In this document: positions 44,175 to 54,298 of the stretch, in pieces
Position numbering within the stretch: position 1 is the first letter of the stretch
Layout of the letters: each line of letters starts with the position of its first letter
Origin: Nitrospirota bacterium
Lineage (GTDB): Bacteria > Nitrospirota > Nitrospiria > Nitrospirales > NS-4
Assembly: GCA_963788195.1 (NCBI GenBank)
Contig: CAWBGA010000001.1
Location: 352,001 to 416,000, forward strand
Direction of reading: 5' to 3'
DNA length: 64,000 bases
Translations under genes and position numbers: made by a program
The notes under the pieces: model-generated
Databases searched by the model: none
What the model saw: only the letters and a program-made list of their open reading frames with translations
What the model was told of the DNA's origin: nothing

Positions 44175-44558
44175 GGCACGGGAGAAACGAGCTCGTCAGG
44201 GGCGAAGGAGTTTGTCCCTGCAGATTCCAGGGTGGGTGGGTGCTATAGGGGAAAGGAAGTCCGTCCCGGGCGCCCTTTGCCTTCTCTTGCAAATGGTCGA
44301 AGTGATTCCAGGGTGGGCGGGTGCTACAGGGGAAAAGAAGTCTGTCCGGGGCACCCGTTGCCTTCCGTACGCAACGGGTCGAAATGACTTAACGGGGCGG
44401 GCGGGTGAGAATGAGTGGATGAAGATCAACCAAAGACCAAGACTACCCCGGCGGCCTTACATAATCATCAGGCCATGGGAGAAACGAACTCGTCTTGGCG
44501 AGTTCGGGGGTGGGTTGGGTGTAATGGCGAGCAAGCCTTAGGGGAAAGAAATCTGTCC
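44175..44558 (+). repeat. cluster G of dispersed hairpin/G-tract repeat, including an 81/82-bp tandem repeat
   Basis: GATTCCAGGGTGGGYGGGTGCTAYAGGGG at 44223 and 44304, third partial copy at 44386; CGAACTCGTC-TT-GGCGAGTTCG at 44485-44506. Confidence 0.88.
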
Positions 44559-44593
44559 AGTCAAGCGTGCGGGTGAAATTTTTGGAGGACGAC

Positions 44594-45535
44594 ATGATCC
44601 GAAGGCGAGCGAAATCGAATCGTCGGCGAGTTGAAGAACCTGGAGGAGTCGCCATGAGACGAACCACATACCGCATGCTTGCCATGGTTCTCGTACTGTT
44701 ATCGGGCTGCGGAGGGTATTGGTATGGCCGGCAGGGCCCGACTCTGGATCTCAGGGCAGTTACGGTGTGGGCGGATCAGTTCTTCCCGATCAAATCCGTG
44801 GAGATCAATGATGTCCATAAGGTGACCCGCGGAGAAGTGCTCGCCGCGCTTAACCTTGATGGCGGTAGCGGCCTCATCACGACAGATACCACCAAGTTGA
44901 AGCAAAGCCTCGAAGCGCATCCTTGGATACGACAGGCAGAAGTACAGCGCGTGTTCCCAGATACCTTGGTGGTGGAGGTGAAGGAGCGTGAGCCGGCCGC
45001 TGTGCTACGTGCGGGAACCCGCGAAGTGCTCTTGGGGGAGGACGGCGGCGTCATCGCAGAGGCGGGGCAAGGTACATTTGAAGGATTTCCGATTCTCACG
45101 GGAATCGACTATGCCCAGGTGGTTTCTAGGAATTCAGACATCACGGAGCGGCTGATTGCCGGTATTGGATTGGCCAGCCTTTTAAGCGCCGTCGGAGCGA
45201 ATCGCATGGAGGTGGACCTGCGGACGCCGGGGGACATGGTCGCCTACTACGACGGCTTGAGGATTCGCTTTGGAGAAGGTGCGTTTGAGGACAAGGTCGA
45301 ACGCTACCTACGGTTGGCGGAACGTGGATTCAAGCGCACAGGGCCGATCGAAGACCTTGGTCAGACGCCCGAAAGACGCGAGCCCGGCCCCGACCCGGCT
45401 GACCTGCGTGGCGGAGGCTCGCCGGAGGCTTCCAAAGATAGTCAAGTGGAAGTGGACCTGAGGTTTCAGGATCAAATTATCGTGCGCGATAAAGGGGGGA
45501 AGCGGGCGTGGCCCGAAAAGACCAAATCATCGTAG
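44594..45535 (+). CDS. ftsQ: cell division protein FtsQ/DivIB
   Basis: GGAGG RBS, TM helix, POTRA motif HPWIRQAEVQRVFPDTLVVEVKEREP, VDLRF. Confidence 0.88.
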   Translation: MIRRRAKSNRRRVEEPGGVAMRRTTYRMLAMVLVLLSGCGGYWYGRQGPTLDLRAVTVWADQFFPIKSVEINDVHKVTRGEVLAALNLDGGSGLITTDTTKLKQSLEAHPWIRQAEVQRVFPDTLVVEVKEREPAAVLRAGTREVLLGEDGGVIAEAGQGTFEGFPILTGIDYAQVVSRNSDITERLIAGIGLASLLSAVGANRMEVDLRTPGDMVAYYDGLRIRFGEGAFEDKVERYLRLAERGFKRTGPIEDLGQTPERREPGPDPADLRGGGSPEASKDSQVEVDLRFQDQIIVRDKGGKRAWPEKTKSS

Positions 45536-46743
45536 GCTTAGACATCGGCACCACCAAAACCCGCGCGGTTGTCGCGGAGTTGCGGGAAGACGGAGGCGCA
45601 GACGTCATCGGTGTTGGAACCAGCCCCTCACGCGGCCTGCGCAAGGGCGTGGTCATCAACATAGAAGACACCGTCGCCTCCGTGCGGAAAGCTGTTGAGG
45701 AGGCTGAGGTTGTCTCCGGCGTCGTTATTAACTCCGTCTATGTCGGCATCGCCGGGAGCCATATCAACAGTCTTACTTCTGACGGCTTGGTTGCCATCAA
45801 GAGTCGCGAGGTCACCCGCGCCGATATTCTTCGCGCTGTGAACGCTGCGCGGGCTGCCGCGATCATCAAATCCGATCATCGCGTGCTACATGTACTACCG
45901 CGCGGGTTTATTGTCGACGAGCAAGACGGCATCCGCGACCCGCTTGGCATGTCGGGATCCCACCTCAAGGTCAATGTCCACATCATCACCGGCGCGGTGA
46001 CCTCGGTTCAGAACCTCATCAAGAGCGTCGAGAGGGCCGGGCTGGATGTCATCGGCATCATTTTGCAGCCGCTGGCTTCGAGTGAGGCGGTGCTCAGCGA
46101 GGATGAGCGCGAGCTTGGCGTCGCGATGGTCGATATGGGAGGGGGGACGACCGATCTCGCGATCTTCTCGGACGGCAGTGTCATGCACACGGCCATCATC
46201 CCGGTTGGAGGGGATCATTTCACGAACGATATCGCCGTGGGCCTGAAAACCGCACGCACGGAGGCCGAGCGCCTCAAGGTGCAGTACGGATGCGCGCTGT
46301 CATCACTGGTCAAGGATGATGAGACCATTGATGTGACGAGCATTGGGAACCGACCGCTCCGGACACTTTCGCGAAAGCTGCTGGCCGATATTATCGAGCC
46401 GCGCGCCGAGGAGTTGTTCGATCTCGTGGCGCACGAGATCAAGCGTGCAGGTTACGAGGGAGTCGTGACAGGAGGGATTGTCGTGACGGGCGGCACCTCG
46501 CTCATGGAGGGGATGGCGGACATGGCCGAGCGGATCCTGGACCTTCCCGCGAGGCGTGGCTTGCCCACGGGCGTGGGGGGCATTCACGAGCATGTCGGCA
46601 ATCCCATGTTTTCCACGAGCGTCGGGTTGATCATTCACGCACTCCATCAACAGGAAGACCTGGGAATACACGGATATCGGAAAGGGCGAGGATTGTGGCG
46701 GGTGGTTGAACACATGAAAAGTTGGGCACGGGAGTTCTTTTAA
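45508..46743 (+). CDS. ftsA: cell division protein FtsA
   Basis: [23 protein letters not shown]. Confidence 0.96.
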   Translation: MARKDQIIVGLDIGTTKTRAVVAELREDGGADVIGVGTSPSRGLRKGVVINIEDTVASVRKAVEEAEVVSGVVINSVYVGIAGSHINSLTSDGLVAIKSREVTRADILRAVNAARAAAIIKSDHRVLHVLPRGFIVDEQDGIRDPLGMSGSHLKVNVHIITGAVTSVQNLIKSVERAGLDVIGIILQPLASSEAVLSEDERELGVAMVDMGGGTTDLAIFSDGSVMHTAIIPVGGDHFTNDIAVGLKTARTEAERLKVQYGCALSSLVKDDETIDVTSIGNRPLRTLSRKLLADIIEPRAEELFDLVAHEIKRAGYEGVVTGGIVVTGGTSLMEGMADMAERILDLPARRGLPTGVGGIHEHVGNPMFSTSVGLIIHALHQQEDLGIHGYRKGRGLWRVVEHMKSWAREFF

Positions 46744-46768
46744 CTCTTACGCAAACAGGGAGGCGCGC

Positions 46769-47932
46769 ATGTTTTTGCTTGACGATGACGCGAATGTCTC
46801 GGAGGTGAAAATCAAAGTCATTGGAGTCGGAGGGGCCGGCTGTAATGCGGTGAACACAATGATCGCCTGCGGACTCGATGGAGTTGACTTTATAGCGGTC
46901 AATACCGACGCCCAAGCTTTGGGAGTGTCCCGGGCGCCTCTTAAACTACGGATCGGGAAGAATGGCCTCGGAGCAGGCGCTAATCCTGAAGTCGGACACG
47001 AAGCGGCGCTGCAAGGCGCCGATCAGATTCGCGAAGCGCTGGAAGGCTGCGACATGGTCTTCGTCACGGCTGGCATGGGTGGCGGAACCGGCACCGGCGC
47101 CGCCCCCGTCATTGCGTGCATCGCCCGTGAAATGAAGGCCCTGACCGTGGCGGTCGTGACGAAGCCGTTTCAGTTTGAAGGCGGCAAGCGCATGGCGCGG
47201 GCGGAGGAAGGTCTGACTGAGCTACGTAAGTATGTTGATACGTTATTGCTCATCCCGAACCAGCGGCTTTTGGGGGTCATCGATAAGACGACGCCCCTAC
47301 GGGAGGCTTTTAAAGTAGCCGATGACGTGTTGCGGCAGGCCATTCAGGGGATCGCCGACCTTATCAAGGTTCCCGGTCTGGTGAATGTCGACTTTGCCGA
47401 TGTTCGCACCGTCATGGGACACATGGGGCGTGCGGTGATGGGAATGGGCGTGGCCCGAGGGCCCAACCGTGCCGTGGAGGCAGCCCAAAAGGCCATCTCC
47501 AGTCCGCTTCTGGAAGAAGGATCCATAAACGGCGCAAAGGGGGTACTGCTTAACATAACCGGCGGCCGTGACCTGTCATTGCACGAAGTCAGCGAAGCCT
47601 CATCGGTCATCCAACAGGGAGCGGACAAGGACGCGAACATTATCTTTGGGGCGGTGATTGACGAACGGCTTGAAGATGAAGTGATGATCACGGTCATCGC
47701 GACCGGATTTGAACGGAAAGAGGCTTTGCCGTGTCCCACGATCCGCTCTATTCAGACGGCGTTGGAAGAGCCGGCGAGCGAGTCCCTTCCGAAGCGCCCG
47801 GAGCGACCCGCCTTCATTCGGCGTTACGCCGCAGCGCGGGAAGGCGCACCTGAGCGCATTGCTCCACGGACAATGATGGCTACTGAGGAAGAATGGGATG
47901 TGCCGACGTTCCTTCGCCGGCAAGGGGATTAG
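46769..47932 (+). CDS. ftsZ: cell division protein FtsZ
   Basis: GMGGGTGTG tubulin signature, NVDFAD, C-terminal DVPTFLRRQ. Confidence 0.98.
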   Translation: MFLLDDDANVSEVKIKVIGVGGAGCNAVNTMIACGLDGVDFIAVNTDAQALGVSRAPLKLRIGKNGLGAGANPEVGHEAALQGADQIREALEGCDMVFVTAGMGGGTGTGAAPVIACIAREMKALTVAVVTKPFQFEGGKRMARAEEGLTELRKYVDTLLLIPNQRLLGVIDKTTPLREAFKVADDVLRQAIQGIADLIKVPGLVNVDFADVRTVMGHMGRAVMGMGVARGPNRAVEAAQKAISSPLLEEGSINGAKGVLLNITGGRDLSLHEVSEASSVIQQGADKDANIIFGAVIDERLEDEVMITVIATGFERKEALPCPTIRSIQTALEEPASESLPKRPERPAFIRRYAAAREGAPERIAPRTMMATEEEWDVPTFLRRQGD

Positions 47933-47943
47933 GCTGATCAACC

Positions 47944-48663
47944 ATGCCTTCTGCTGGCGTGATTACGATTCCTCAGTTTGCCGGCGAGGCTCGCGGCGTC
48001 GTGCATGCATTTGGGACCAGGGCTGTCTGTGCTATCCCTGCCGTGCACAACGATGGGACACAATTCCAGGTCGTATCCGTAAATCAGGTACATGGGATCG
48101 ACGTGCTGATTCTTGCCGGCCGCGTGACCGATTCCGAAGTCCGCGACGCGGCTTCGGCGGGGAACTTCGACGCGATCATTACCGACAGGCCACGGATGTG
48201 GCTGACCGTCCGAACGGCAGACTGTGTGCCGATTCTTTTCCTGGGACCAGACCGCGGTGTGATCGGGGTCGCGCATGCCGGCTGGCGGGGAACCGTGGGA
48301 GGAATTGCAGCGAAGGTGGTCCGGCTGATGCAGGAAGTCTTTGACTGCAAGCTTGATCTCGTGCAGGTGGCCATCGGGCCTTCCATCGGGCGCTCTTGCT
48401 ATGAAGTGGATGAGCCCGTTTTGGGGCCTATGAAGCGGGCGTTTCCCTTCTGGTCAAAGGTTGTGTCCGACACCGGTGGTGGCCGGGGGCACCTGGATCT
48501 TCGAGGCTTAAACCGGCTCGCACTCGAGGCCGCAGGTGTTCAGCCGTCCCAAATTTTCGCGGTGAACCTTTGTACGGCGTGTCATCCGGACCTGTTCCAC
48601 TCGTACCGCCGTGACGGGAAGCGCACAAGACACATGATCAGCGGTATTGCGCGTGTTCAATAG
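47944..48663 (+). CDS. pgeF: peptidoglycan editing factor PgeF (YfiH)
   Basis: QVHG, TADCVPI, HAGWRG, IGPSI, SYRR. Confidence 0.93.
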   Translation: MPSAGVITIPQFAGEARGVVHAFGTRAVCAIPAVHNDGTQFQVVSVNQVHGIDVLILAGRVTDSEVRDAASAGNFDAIITDRPRMWLTVRTADCVPILFLGPDRGVIGVAHAGWRGTVGGIAAKVVRLMQEVFDCKLDLVQVAIGPSIGRSCYEVDEPVLGPMKRAFPFWSKVVSDTGGGRGHLDLRGLNRLALEAAGVQPSQIFAVNLCTACHPDLFHSYRRDGKRTRHMISGIARVQ

Positions 48664-48755
48664 GGCTTATCAAATCCGGGTGCATCAAGTACAATACACA
48701 CCTGTGACAGCGCCTTGCCACAGGAGGAAAGAAAATCCGCACATATGGCCCTTCG

Positions 48756-49487
48756 GTGGAAGAGGTTTCGCGCGAGAGTGATTTTAGGGACCGCCTGCAA
48801 TGGGTCCGCGAGCGCATCGAGCGCGCTGCGCGCCTGGCGGGACGCAACCCCGTCGACATCCGATTGATCGCGGTTACCAAGACCGTTTCGGTTGACCGAA
48901 TGCTGGCCGCCGCGGCATGCGGCTGCCGAGCGTTCGGAGAAAATCGGATTCAGGAAGCTCTGTGCAAAATGGAACAGGTGGAGGCCCCCGGTTGCTGTGA
49001 GTGGCACCTTCTCGGCCCCCTGCAGAGTAATAAGATCAAATCCGTAGTTGGACGGTTTGCAGTGCTGCATGCTATTGATCGGGTGTCCGTGGCCGGGCAT
49101 TTGGAGAAAGCGATTGAAGGACGGGGTATGCGTCAACAGGTTCTTCTCCAGGTCAATGTCTCGGACGAGCCCGGCAAGCATGGCTTCCATCCTGACAAGC
49201 TTGGCGAAGCTGCTGTTGAAGTCGCGAAGTTTAAAAATCTTCAAATCACGGGCCTCATGACGATCGCGCCGGTGAGGATTTCATCTGAGGAGTGCAGGCC
49301 TTATTTTCGTCATTTGAGAAAATTGGCCGAGCAATTGGACCGCGAACGTATCCCGGGGGTCGTAATGAAGGAGCTCTCTATGGGCATGTCAGCAGATTTT
49401 GAATGTGCCATCGAGGAAGGCGCAACCATGGTGCGGATCGGTCGGGCCTTATTCGGGCCGCGCCCACCATTGGAAAAGGCCCAGTGA
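48756..49487 (+). CDS. yggS: PLP homeostasis protein YggS
   Basis: IAVTK, FGENRIQE, GLMTI, LSMGMSADF, VRIGRALFG. Confidence 0.95.
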   Translation: MEEVSRESDFRDRLQWVRERIERAARLAGRNPVDIRLIAVTKTVSVDRMLAAAACGCRAFGENRIQEALCKMEQVEAPGCCEWHLLGPLQSNKIKSVVGRFAVLHAIDRVSVAGHLEKAIEGRGMRQQVLLQVNVSDEPGKHGFHPDKLGEAAVEVAKFKNLQITGLMTIAPVRISSEECRPYFRHLRKLAEQLDRERIPGVVMKELSMGMSADFECAIEEGATMVRIGRALFGPRPPLEKAQ

Positions 49488-50290
49488 CCAAGATCGCGAT
49501 CATCGGAGGCGGTAATATGGGAGAGGCCCTCCTTGCCGGGCTCTTATCAGACGGCACGGCGCTACCGGCTGATCTCTGGGCCACAGACGTGGACAATGAC
49601 CGGCTCAGCGCCCTTGGATCACGATACGGCATACGAACCGGCCAGGATAACGGAAAGGCCGCGGCTTGGGCGGATGTCCTTGTGCTCGCAGTCAAACCGC
49701 AAACGATGAGCCACGTGTTGGATGGCCTGAAAGATCATCTGTCGGAACGGACGCTGGTGATCTCCGTCGCCACAGGCATCCCCCTGGCCCGGATTGCAGC
49801 GGTTCTAGGGGGAAACCGCAAGCTGATCCGGGTCATGACGAACACGCCCGTTCTCGTGCGCGCCGGCGCCTCGGTGCTGGCGATTTCCCCACTGGTTTCT
49901 TCTCAAGACCGAGACCTGGCAATCCGCCTGTTCGAAGCCGTCGGAAAGGTCATTCTGCTTGAGGAGCACCTGATGGATGCCGTCACGGGACTCAGCGGAA
50001 GCGGACCGGCGTTTATCTTTCCAGTCATCGAGGCGCTGGCCGATGGCGGGGTGAAGATGGGTCTGCCTCGCGAGACCGCGCTTTTGCTGGCGGCACAAAC
50101 GGTCTTCGGCGCCGCCAAGCTGCAGCTCGAAACCAACGAGCATCCGGGGCGGCTTAAGGACAAGGTCGCGTCTCCCGGGGGGACGACCATTGCGGGACTG
50201 CACGTACTTGAAACGGCTGGGGTCCGCGCGGCGTTCATAGCAGCCGTAGAGGCAGCGACAAAACGCGCTGAGGAATTGGGGAGGCAGTAA
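49484..50290 (+). CDS. proC: pyrroline-5-carboxylate reductase
   Basis: IGGGNMG, AVKPQ, GLSGSGPA, VASPGGTTIAG. Confidence 0.95.
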   Translation: MTKIAIIGGGNMGEALLAGLLSDGTALPADLWATDVDNDRLSALGSRYGIRTGQDNGKAAAWADVLVLAVKPQTMSHVLDGLKDHLSERTLVISVATGIPLARIAAVLGGNRKLIRVMTNTPVLVRAGASVLAISPLVSSQDRDLAIRLFEAVGKVILLEEHLMDAVTGLSGSGPAFIFPVIEALADGGVKMGLPRETALLLAAQTVFGAAKLQLETNEHPGRLKDKVASPGGTTIAGLHVLETAGVRAAFIAAVEAATKRAEELGRQ

Positions 50291-50601
50291 TGTTCGTGGC
50301 CGGAAACTTCCTCTCCGCGGTAGCCATGGTCCTGCACATGCTGCTTCAGGCCTATATCTGGGTGATCATCATTCGCGCTCTGGTTAGCTGGGTAAATCCC
50401 GATCCCTGGAATCCGATCGTCCAGATCTTGAACCGCCTGACCGACCCGCTGCTCGATCCGATTCGTCGCCGATTGATGCGGTTCGGGGGCTACGGTGGAA
50501 TGGGCGTGGACTTGTCCCCGCTTCTCTTAATCGCCGTTGTGTACTTGGTCGATTTTTTTTTGGTCGCAACTTTACAGGATCTGGGCACCCGGATGCGGTG
50601 A
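50290..50601 (+). CDS. yggT: YggT family membrane protein
   Basis: RALVSWVNPDPWNPIV...TDP, DLSP. Confidence 0.9.
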   Translation: MFVAGNFLSAVAMVLHMLLQAYIWVIIIRALVSWVNPDPWNPIVQILNRLTDPLLDPIRRRLMRFGGYGGMGVDLSPLLLIAVVYLVDFFLVATLQDLGTRMR

Positions 50602-50682
50602 ATCCGGTCGCCGCTCTGATGGCGCGGATGCGTTCACGGAGCGGTAGGGTAAGCGGTTTTCTTTCTTTAGAAAGGCACGCCG

Positions 50683-51159
50683 ATGAATATAACACCGCTC
50701 GATGTTCAGCAGCAGGAGTTCAAGAGTCGTTTTCGGGGGCTTGATCCCGAGGAGGTGCATGCCTTTCTTCGGACGGTCTCCGAAGCCATGGAGGATCTCG
50801 TCAAGGAAAACGTCGCCTTGAAGGAGCAACTGGAGAGCTCGCAGGTGCAGTTGGACGGGCTGCGGCAGAAGGAATCCGCACTGAACGACGTCCTCGTGTC
50901 GACCCAGAAAATGAGCGAGCACCTCAAGCAGGCCGCTCAGCGTGAAGCAGATCTGATCCTTAAGGAAGCGGAGCTGAAAGCCGACGATGTCTTGAAAAAG
51001 ACTCAAGAGGAGTATGGCATCCTGCAGCGGGAAATTCTGATGTTGCAAAGGCACCGCATCGCCGCTCTGGAGAAGCTACGGGCCGTACTGCAGAGCTTTC
51101 AAAAGATGGTCGAATTTGAGGAGTTGGATCCGGATACTGTCGATCCGCGCGACCGGTAG
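50683..51159 (+). CDS. divIVA: DivIVA domain protein
   Basis: ITPLDVQQQEF..FRG..PEEVHAFL followed by a coiled coil. Confidence 0.9.
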   Translation: MNITPLDVQQQEFKSRFRGLDPEEVHAFLRTVSEAMEDLVKENVALKEQLESSQVQLDGLRQKESALNDVLVSTQKMSEHLKQAAQREADLILKEAELKADDVLKKTQEEYGILQREILMLQRHRIAALEKLRAVLQSFQKMVEFEELDPDTVDPRDR

Positions 51160-51161
51160 GG

Positions 51162-51470
51162 ATGGTGAAAACCAGAAGCGCTGGTGTCGAGGCGATGCTG
51201 GCGATTCGGGTTCAGCCGGGTGCCCGTCAAAACGCCGTGAGCGGTTGGACCGGAGACACCGTGAACCTGCGAGTCACCTCGCCACCGGTAGAGGGCGCGG
51301 CAAACATCCTCTGCCTGGCAATACTTTCCGAACTGTTGAACATTCCTCGATCGCATCTGACCCTTGTCAAAGGGGTACGGTCCCGCAACAAAGTCGTCCG
51401 CATTCTGGGGCTTAGCCGAGAGCAGGTGGATGTACGCCTAGGCCGTCCCGCTTCTCAACGAGATGCGTGA
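51162..51470 (+). CDS. DUF167 (YggU) protein
   Basis: RVQPGA, PPVEGAAN, GVRSRNK. Confidence 0.88.
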   Translation: MVKTRSAGVEAMLAIRVQPGARQNAVSGWTGDTVNLRVTSPPVEGAANILCLAILSELLNIPRSHLTLVKGVRSRNKVVRILGLSREQVDVRLGRPASQRDA

Positions 51471-52590
51471 TCCCATTGCCGACAAGATGCAACAAGGGGT
51501 CGATGAGGGAGTATATCCCGGAGGCGTTCTCCTAGTCTGGTATCAAGGTCAAGTCAGGCATCATGCGGCCTACGGGCACGCCTGCCTAATTCCCGTTCCC
51601 GAGGCGGCTTCCTGCGACACACTCTTTGACTTGGCGTCATTAACCAAGCCCCTCGCTGCGGTGAACGCCGCGTTGCTGTTTGCCGCGGATGGCCGAATCC
51701 TTTTGGACGATCTCGTTGAACGCTACATCCCTGAGCTGAAACACAAGGAATTAGGCCAGGCGACTCTTCGTCACCTTTTAAATCACTCGACCGGCCTTCC
51801 GGCTTGGCGTCCCTTCTACCAGCGAATAGCACCTGATGGCGGACGGTTACGCGAGACGCCGCTTGAAAAGCGTCGCAGCGCCGTCTATGAGGCGATACAG
51901 CGTGAACCTCTGATCGAGCCGATCGGGACACGGGCAATTTACAGCGATTTGGGATTTATTCTTCTTGGGGAAGTGCTTGAGCGCGTGAGCCGGAAGGGCT
52001 GGGCCGATCTCTGTCACGGGGTGGTTTTTGAACGCCTGGGCCTCGAAGGCCTGTTCTATATGGGGGAAACAGGACCAACGGGAGGGATGTCGCTTCGGCA
52101 TCGCGTGTTCGCTGCGACCGAGCAAGACGAATGGCGGGGGCATCTCCTTCGAGGCGAGGTGCATGATGAGCATGCCGCGGTCATGGGGGGGGTCTCGTCT
52201 CACGCCGGTCTGTTCGGCACCGCAATGGCAGTGCTGGAGGCATCCCGCCTTTGGCTCGCGGCCGTCCGGGGGGACGCCTCTCCATTGCCTCGCAGATGGG
52301 CGCGGGAATTCGTCAGCCGGCAGAGCCTGGCGCCGCAATCGAGTTGGGCGTTGGGTTGGGATACCCCGTCGATCGGCGCCGGCGGTGAACCTTCCTCATC
52401 AGGGCGGTTGTTCCCGCAGTCGGCATTCGGTCATCTGGGCTTCACCGGTAGTTCACTGTGGCTGGACCCGGAGCGAAACCTCATTGTGGTATTGCTTACC
52501 AATCGAGTACATCCGACCCGGCAGAACAATCGCATCCGACAGTTTCGCCCGGAGCTACACGACATCGTAGTGACGACTTTAACCGGCTAA
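51463..52590 (+). CDS. serine hydrolase, beta-lactamase family
   Basis: FDLASLTK, LLNHSTGL, YSDLGF, GEVHD, FGHLGFTGS. Confidence 0.9.
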   Translation: MRDPIADKMQQGVDEGVYPGGVLLVWYQGQVRHHAAYGHACLIPVPEAASCDTLFDLASLTKPLAAVNAALLFAADGRILLDDLVERYIPELKHKELGQATLRHLLNHSTGLPAWRPFYQRIAPDGGRLRETPLEKRRSAVYEAIQREPLIEPIGTRAIYSDLGFILLGEVLERVSRKGWADLCHGVVFERLGLEGLFYMGETGPTGGMSLRHRVFAATEQDEWRGHLLRGEVHDEHAAVMGGVSSHAGLFGTAMAVLEASRLWLAAVRGDASPLPRRWAREFVSRQSLAPQSSWALGWDTPSIGAGGEPSSSGRLFPQSAFGHLGFTGSSLWLDPERNLIVVLLTNRVHPTRQNNRIRQFRPELHDIVVTTLTG

Positions 52591-52907
52591 GCGGAGTCGG
52601 GGTAATCGATCCAAGGCTCTTTCTCGGCGAGGTAGCGGGTGCCGCGAAAGTTGACGCGGGTTCTCATACGGCTGAACCCGTGCCGCAGAAGTTGCCCCAC
52701 GAGAGCCTGTAAGGCTTCGAGAACGGTAGGATGCGACGACGTCTCGGCAGAGACCGATTCATACTGAATCTTGGCGCTGTAGCCGGTCACCGTACGCGTC
52801 ACCGGAACCATGCGCACGAAATTCCGTCCCGCCGCGTCGTTGCCTTCGAGTTGATGCTTCTCGACAACAGAGTTCTTGCGTGAGATCAACGGGGAAAAGA
52901 AGGTCAC
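52587..52907 (-). CDS. hypothetical protein
   Basis: 106 aa ORF filling the gap between the hydrolase and rusA. Confidence 0.6.
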   Translation of the reverse strand: MTFFSPLISRKNSVVEKHQLEGNDAAGRNFVRMVPVTRTVTGYSAKIQYESVSAETSSHPTVLEALQALVGQLLRHGFSRMRTRVNFRGTRYLAEKEPWIDYPDSA

Positions 52908-52947
52908 AGCGCGACATTATACGGAAAAGCGGAGTCAGAGTCGATAT

Positions 52948-53505
52948 TTAGTCTGTCACTCGCAGTGATAATTCCATCCGGGGGGCGCAGGCATCCACGT
53001 CTTTTCGAAGGGACACTTCCACAATCCGGTTGTCATTGATCCCGAGCGCTTCGCACAAGGCGTCCTGGGTGATTTTCAAGCCCCCATCGATGTCGCGTCG
53101 CAACATCGACCCAAAGTAAAAATGAAGATCGAGGGCAAGTCTCAGTCGGTTGAGGCCGTGCGCCGCGGGAATTGTTTGCCGCCGGGCGGCAAGCAAGCAC
53201 AGGACTTCCTGGCCTACGTGTGTCTTAAAACGGCGGCCCGCTGAGGAGAGGAGGCGACGTCCTTGCACCGTGGCATATTGGTGGTTGATGCTCGGAGGGA
53301 GCGGAAGGGTGAGCGTTAAAAAAACGGGGTCAGTCCCCGCGTCTGTGAGAATCGTGACAAACGGGGTCGGGGCCCGTTTGGGACTCTGCGAGGGGACCGG
53401 AGCACGACAGGGAGGCTGCCGGATCGGTGCGGGTTGGCGGTACGACGTCAGTCGTAAGACGACCGGACCCGAGCGTGAAACGCGGGCCGAGCGAGGTCGG
53501 GGCAT
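52948..53505 (-). CDS. rusA: RusA-family Holliday junction resolvase
   Basis: LPLPPSINHQY, RRDIDGGLKITQDAL, GINDNRI. Confidence 0.8.
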   Translation of the reverse strand: MPRPRSARVSRSGPVVLRLTSYRQPAPIRQPPCRAPVPSQSPKRAPTPFVTILTDAGTDPVFLTLTLPLPPSINHQYATVQGRRLLSSAGRRFKTHVGQEVLCLLAARRQTIPAAHGLNRLRLALDLHFYFGSMLRRDIDGGLKITQDALCEALGINDNRIVEVSLRKDVDACAPRMELSLRVTD

Positions 53506-53508
53506 GAG

Positions 53509-53964
53509 TTACAGGAGGTCCATGATCTTCGACATAGAGGCTTCATGTCGGTTCTCGGTTCTCTCGACATAGCGGCGCCACTCCGTGGGGCTCCATACTT
53601 CCAAATGCTCATACATGCCCACCAACACAATCTCCTGGTCATCGTCGAGATTGATATACTTGCGGAGCTTTTGCGGAATGAGGATCCGTCCTGCCTTGTC
53701 AACTTCGGACATGGACGTCTCCGATACCACAAAGTGCATGAACAGGCGGCTTTGCTCTTCATCTAATTTGGCGCGGGTCTGTTTCAAGACATCTTCCCAT
53801 TGCGCTTGCGGGTACACGCGCAGAGAAGCCAATTCAGCGATTCTTAAAAATACGACAAGTCTTCCGGCTCCCAAACCCTCCTCCGAAAGGAATACCCGGA
53901 TAGAGGGCGGAAGAAGAAATCGCCCCTTTTCATCGAGCTTGCATAGATATTCGCCGGAAAACAT
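53509..53964 (-). CDS. mraZ: transcriptional regulator MraZ
   Basis: MFSGEY..LDEKGRFLLP, VDKAGRILIPQKLR, VLVG..HLEVW. Confidence 0.92.
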   Translation of the reverse strand: MFSGEYLCKLDEKGRFLLPPSIRVFLSEEGLGAGRLVVFLRIAELASLRVYPQAQWEDVLKQTRAKLDEEQSRLFMHFVVSETSMSEVDKAGRILIPQKLRKYINLDDDQEIVLVGMYEHLEVWSPTEWRRYVERTENRHEASMSKIMDLL

Positions 53965-53986
53965 CAGATGTTTCTCGCAAGCAGGT

Positions 53987-54184
53987 TCAAGATCGACTGT
54001 GCTGGCGGCTTTTTTCCCGCAGCATGAGATCCAGCTCGGACTTCACGAACCGCCAGTCTTTCCCGAGTTTAAACGCCGGCACGCGCCGCTCCTTGATATA
54101 GCGGTAAAGAGTACGAGGCGCCACCTTAAGATACCGGCAAGTCTCCGCCGTGGTGAGCACCTCGTCGATCGCTCTCTTGGGCAT
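53987..54184 (-). CDS. excisionase-like helix-turn-helix protein
   Basis: LTTAETCRYLKV..RTLYR....VPAFKLGKDWRF. Confidence 0.85.
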   Translation of the reverse strand: MPKRAIDEVLTTAETCRYLKVAPRTLYRYIKERRVPAFKLGKDWRFVKSELDLMLREKSRQHSRS

Positions 54185-54206
54185 CGCGCTCCACTTTAAA
54201 GAAAGA

Positions 54207-54235
54207 ATCGTAGTAAATTCGGGGGTATATGTCAA
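54207..54235 (-). promoter_or_regulatory. sigma70 promoter of the HTH-mraZ-rusA unit
   Basis: minus strand TTGACA-17 nt-TACGAT. Confidence 0.65.
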
Positions 54236-54298
54236 TATTTATTGTAGCCATTTAACTGCCACTCCCTGCCAGTGGTGTACCTCAAGTGATCAGTCCAT

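Noticed and set aside
52948..54184. Prophage remnant
   Set aside because: Only rusA and an HTH flanking the housekeeping mraZ; no integrase, structural genes or att repeats seen.
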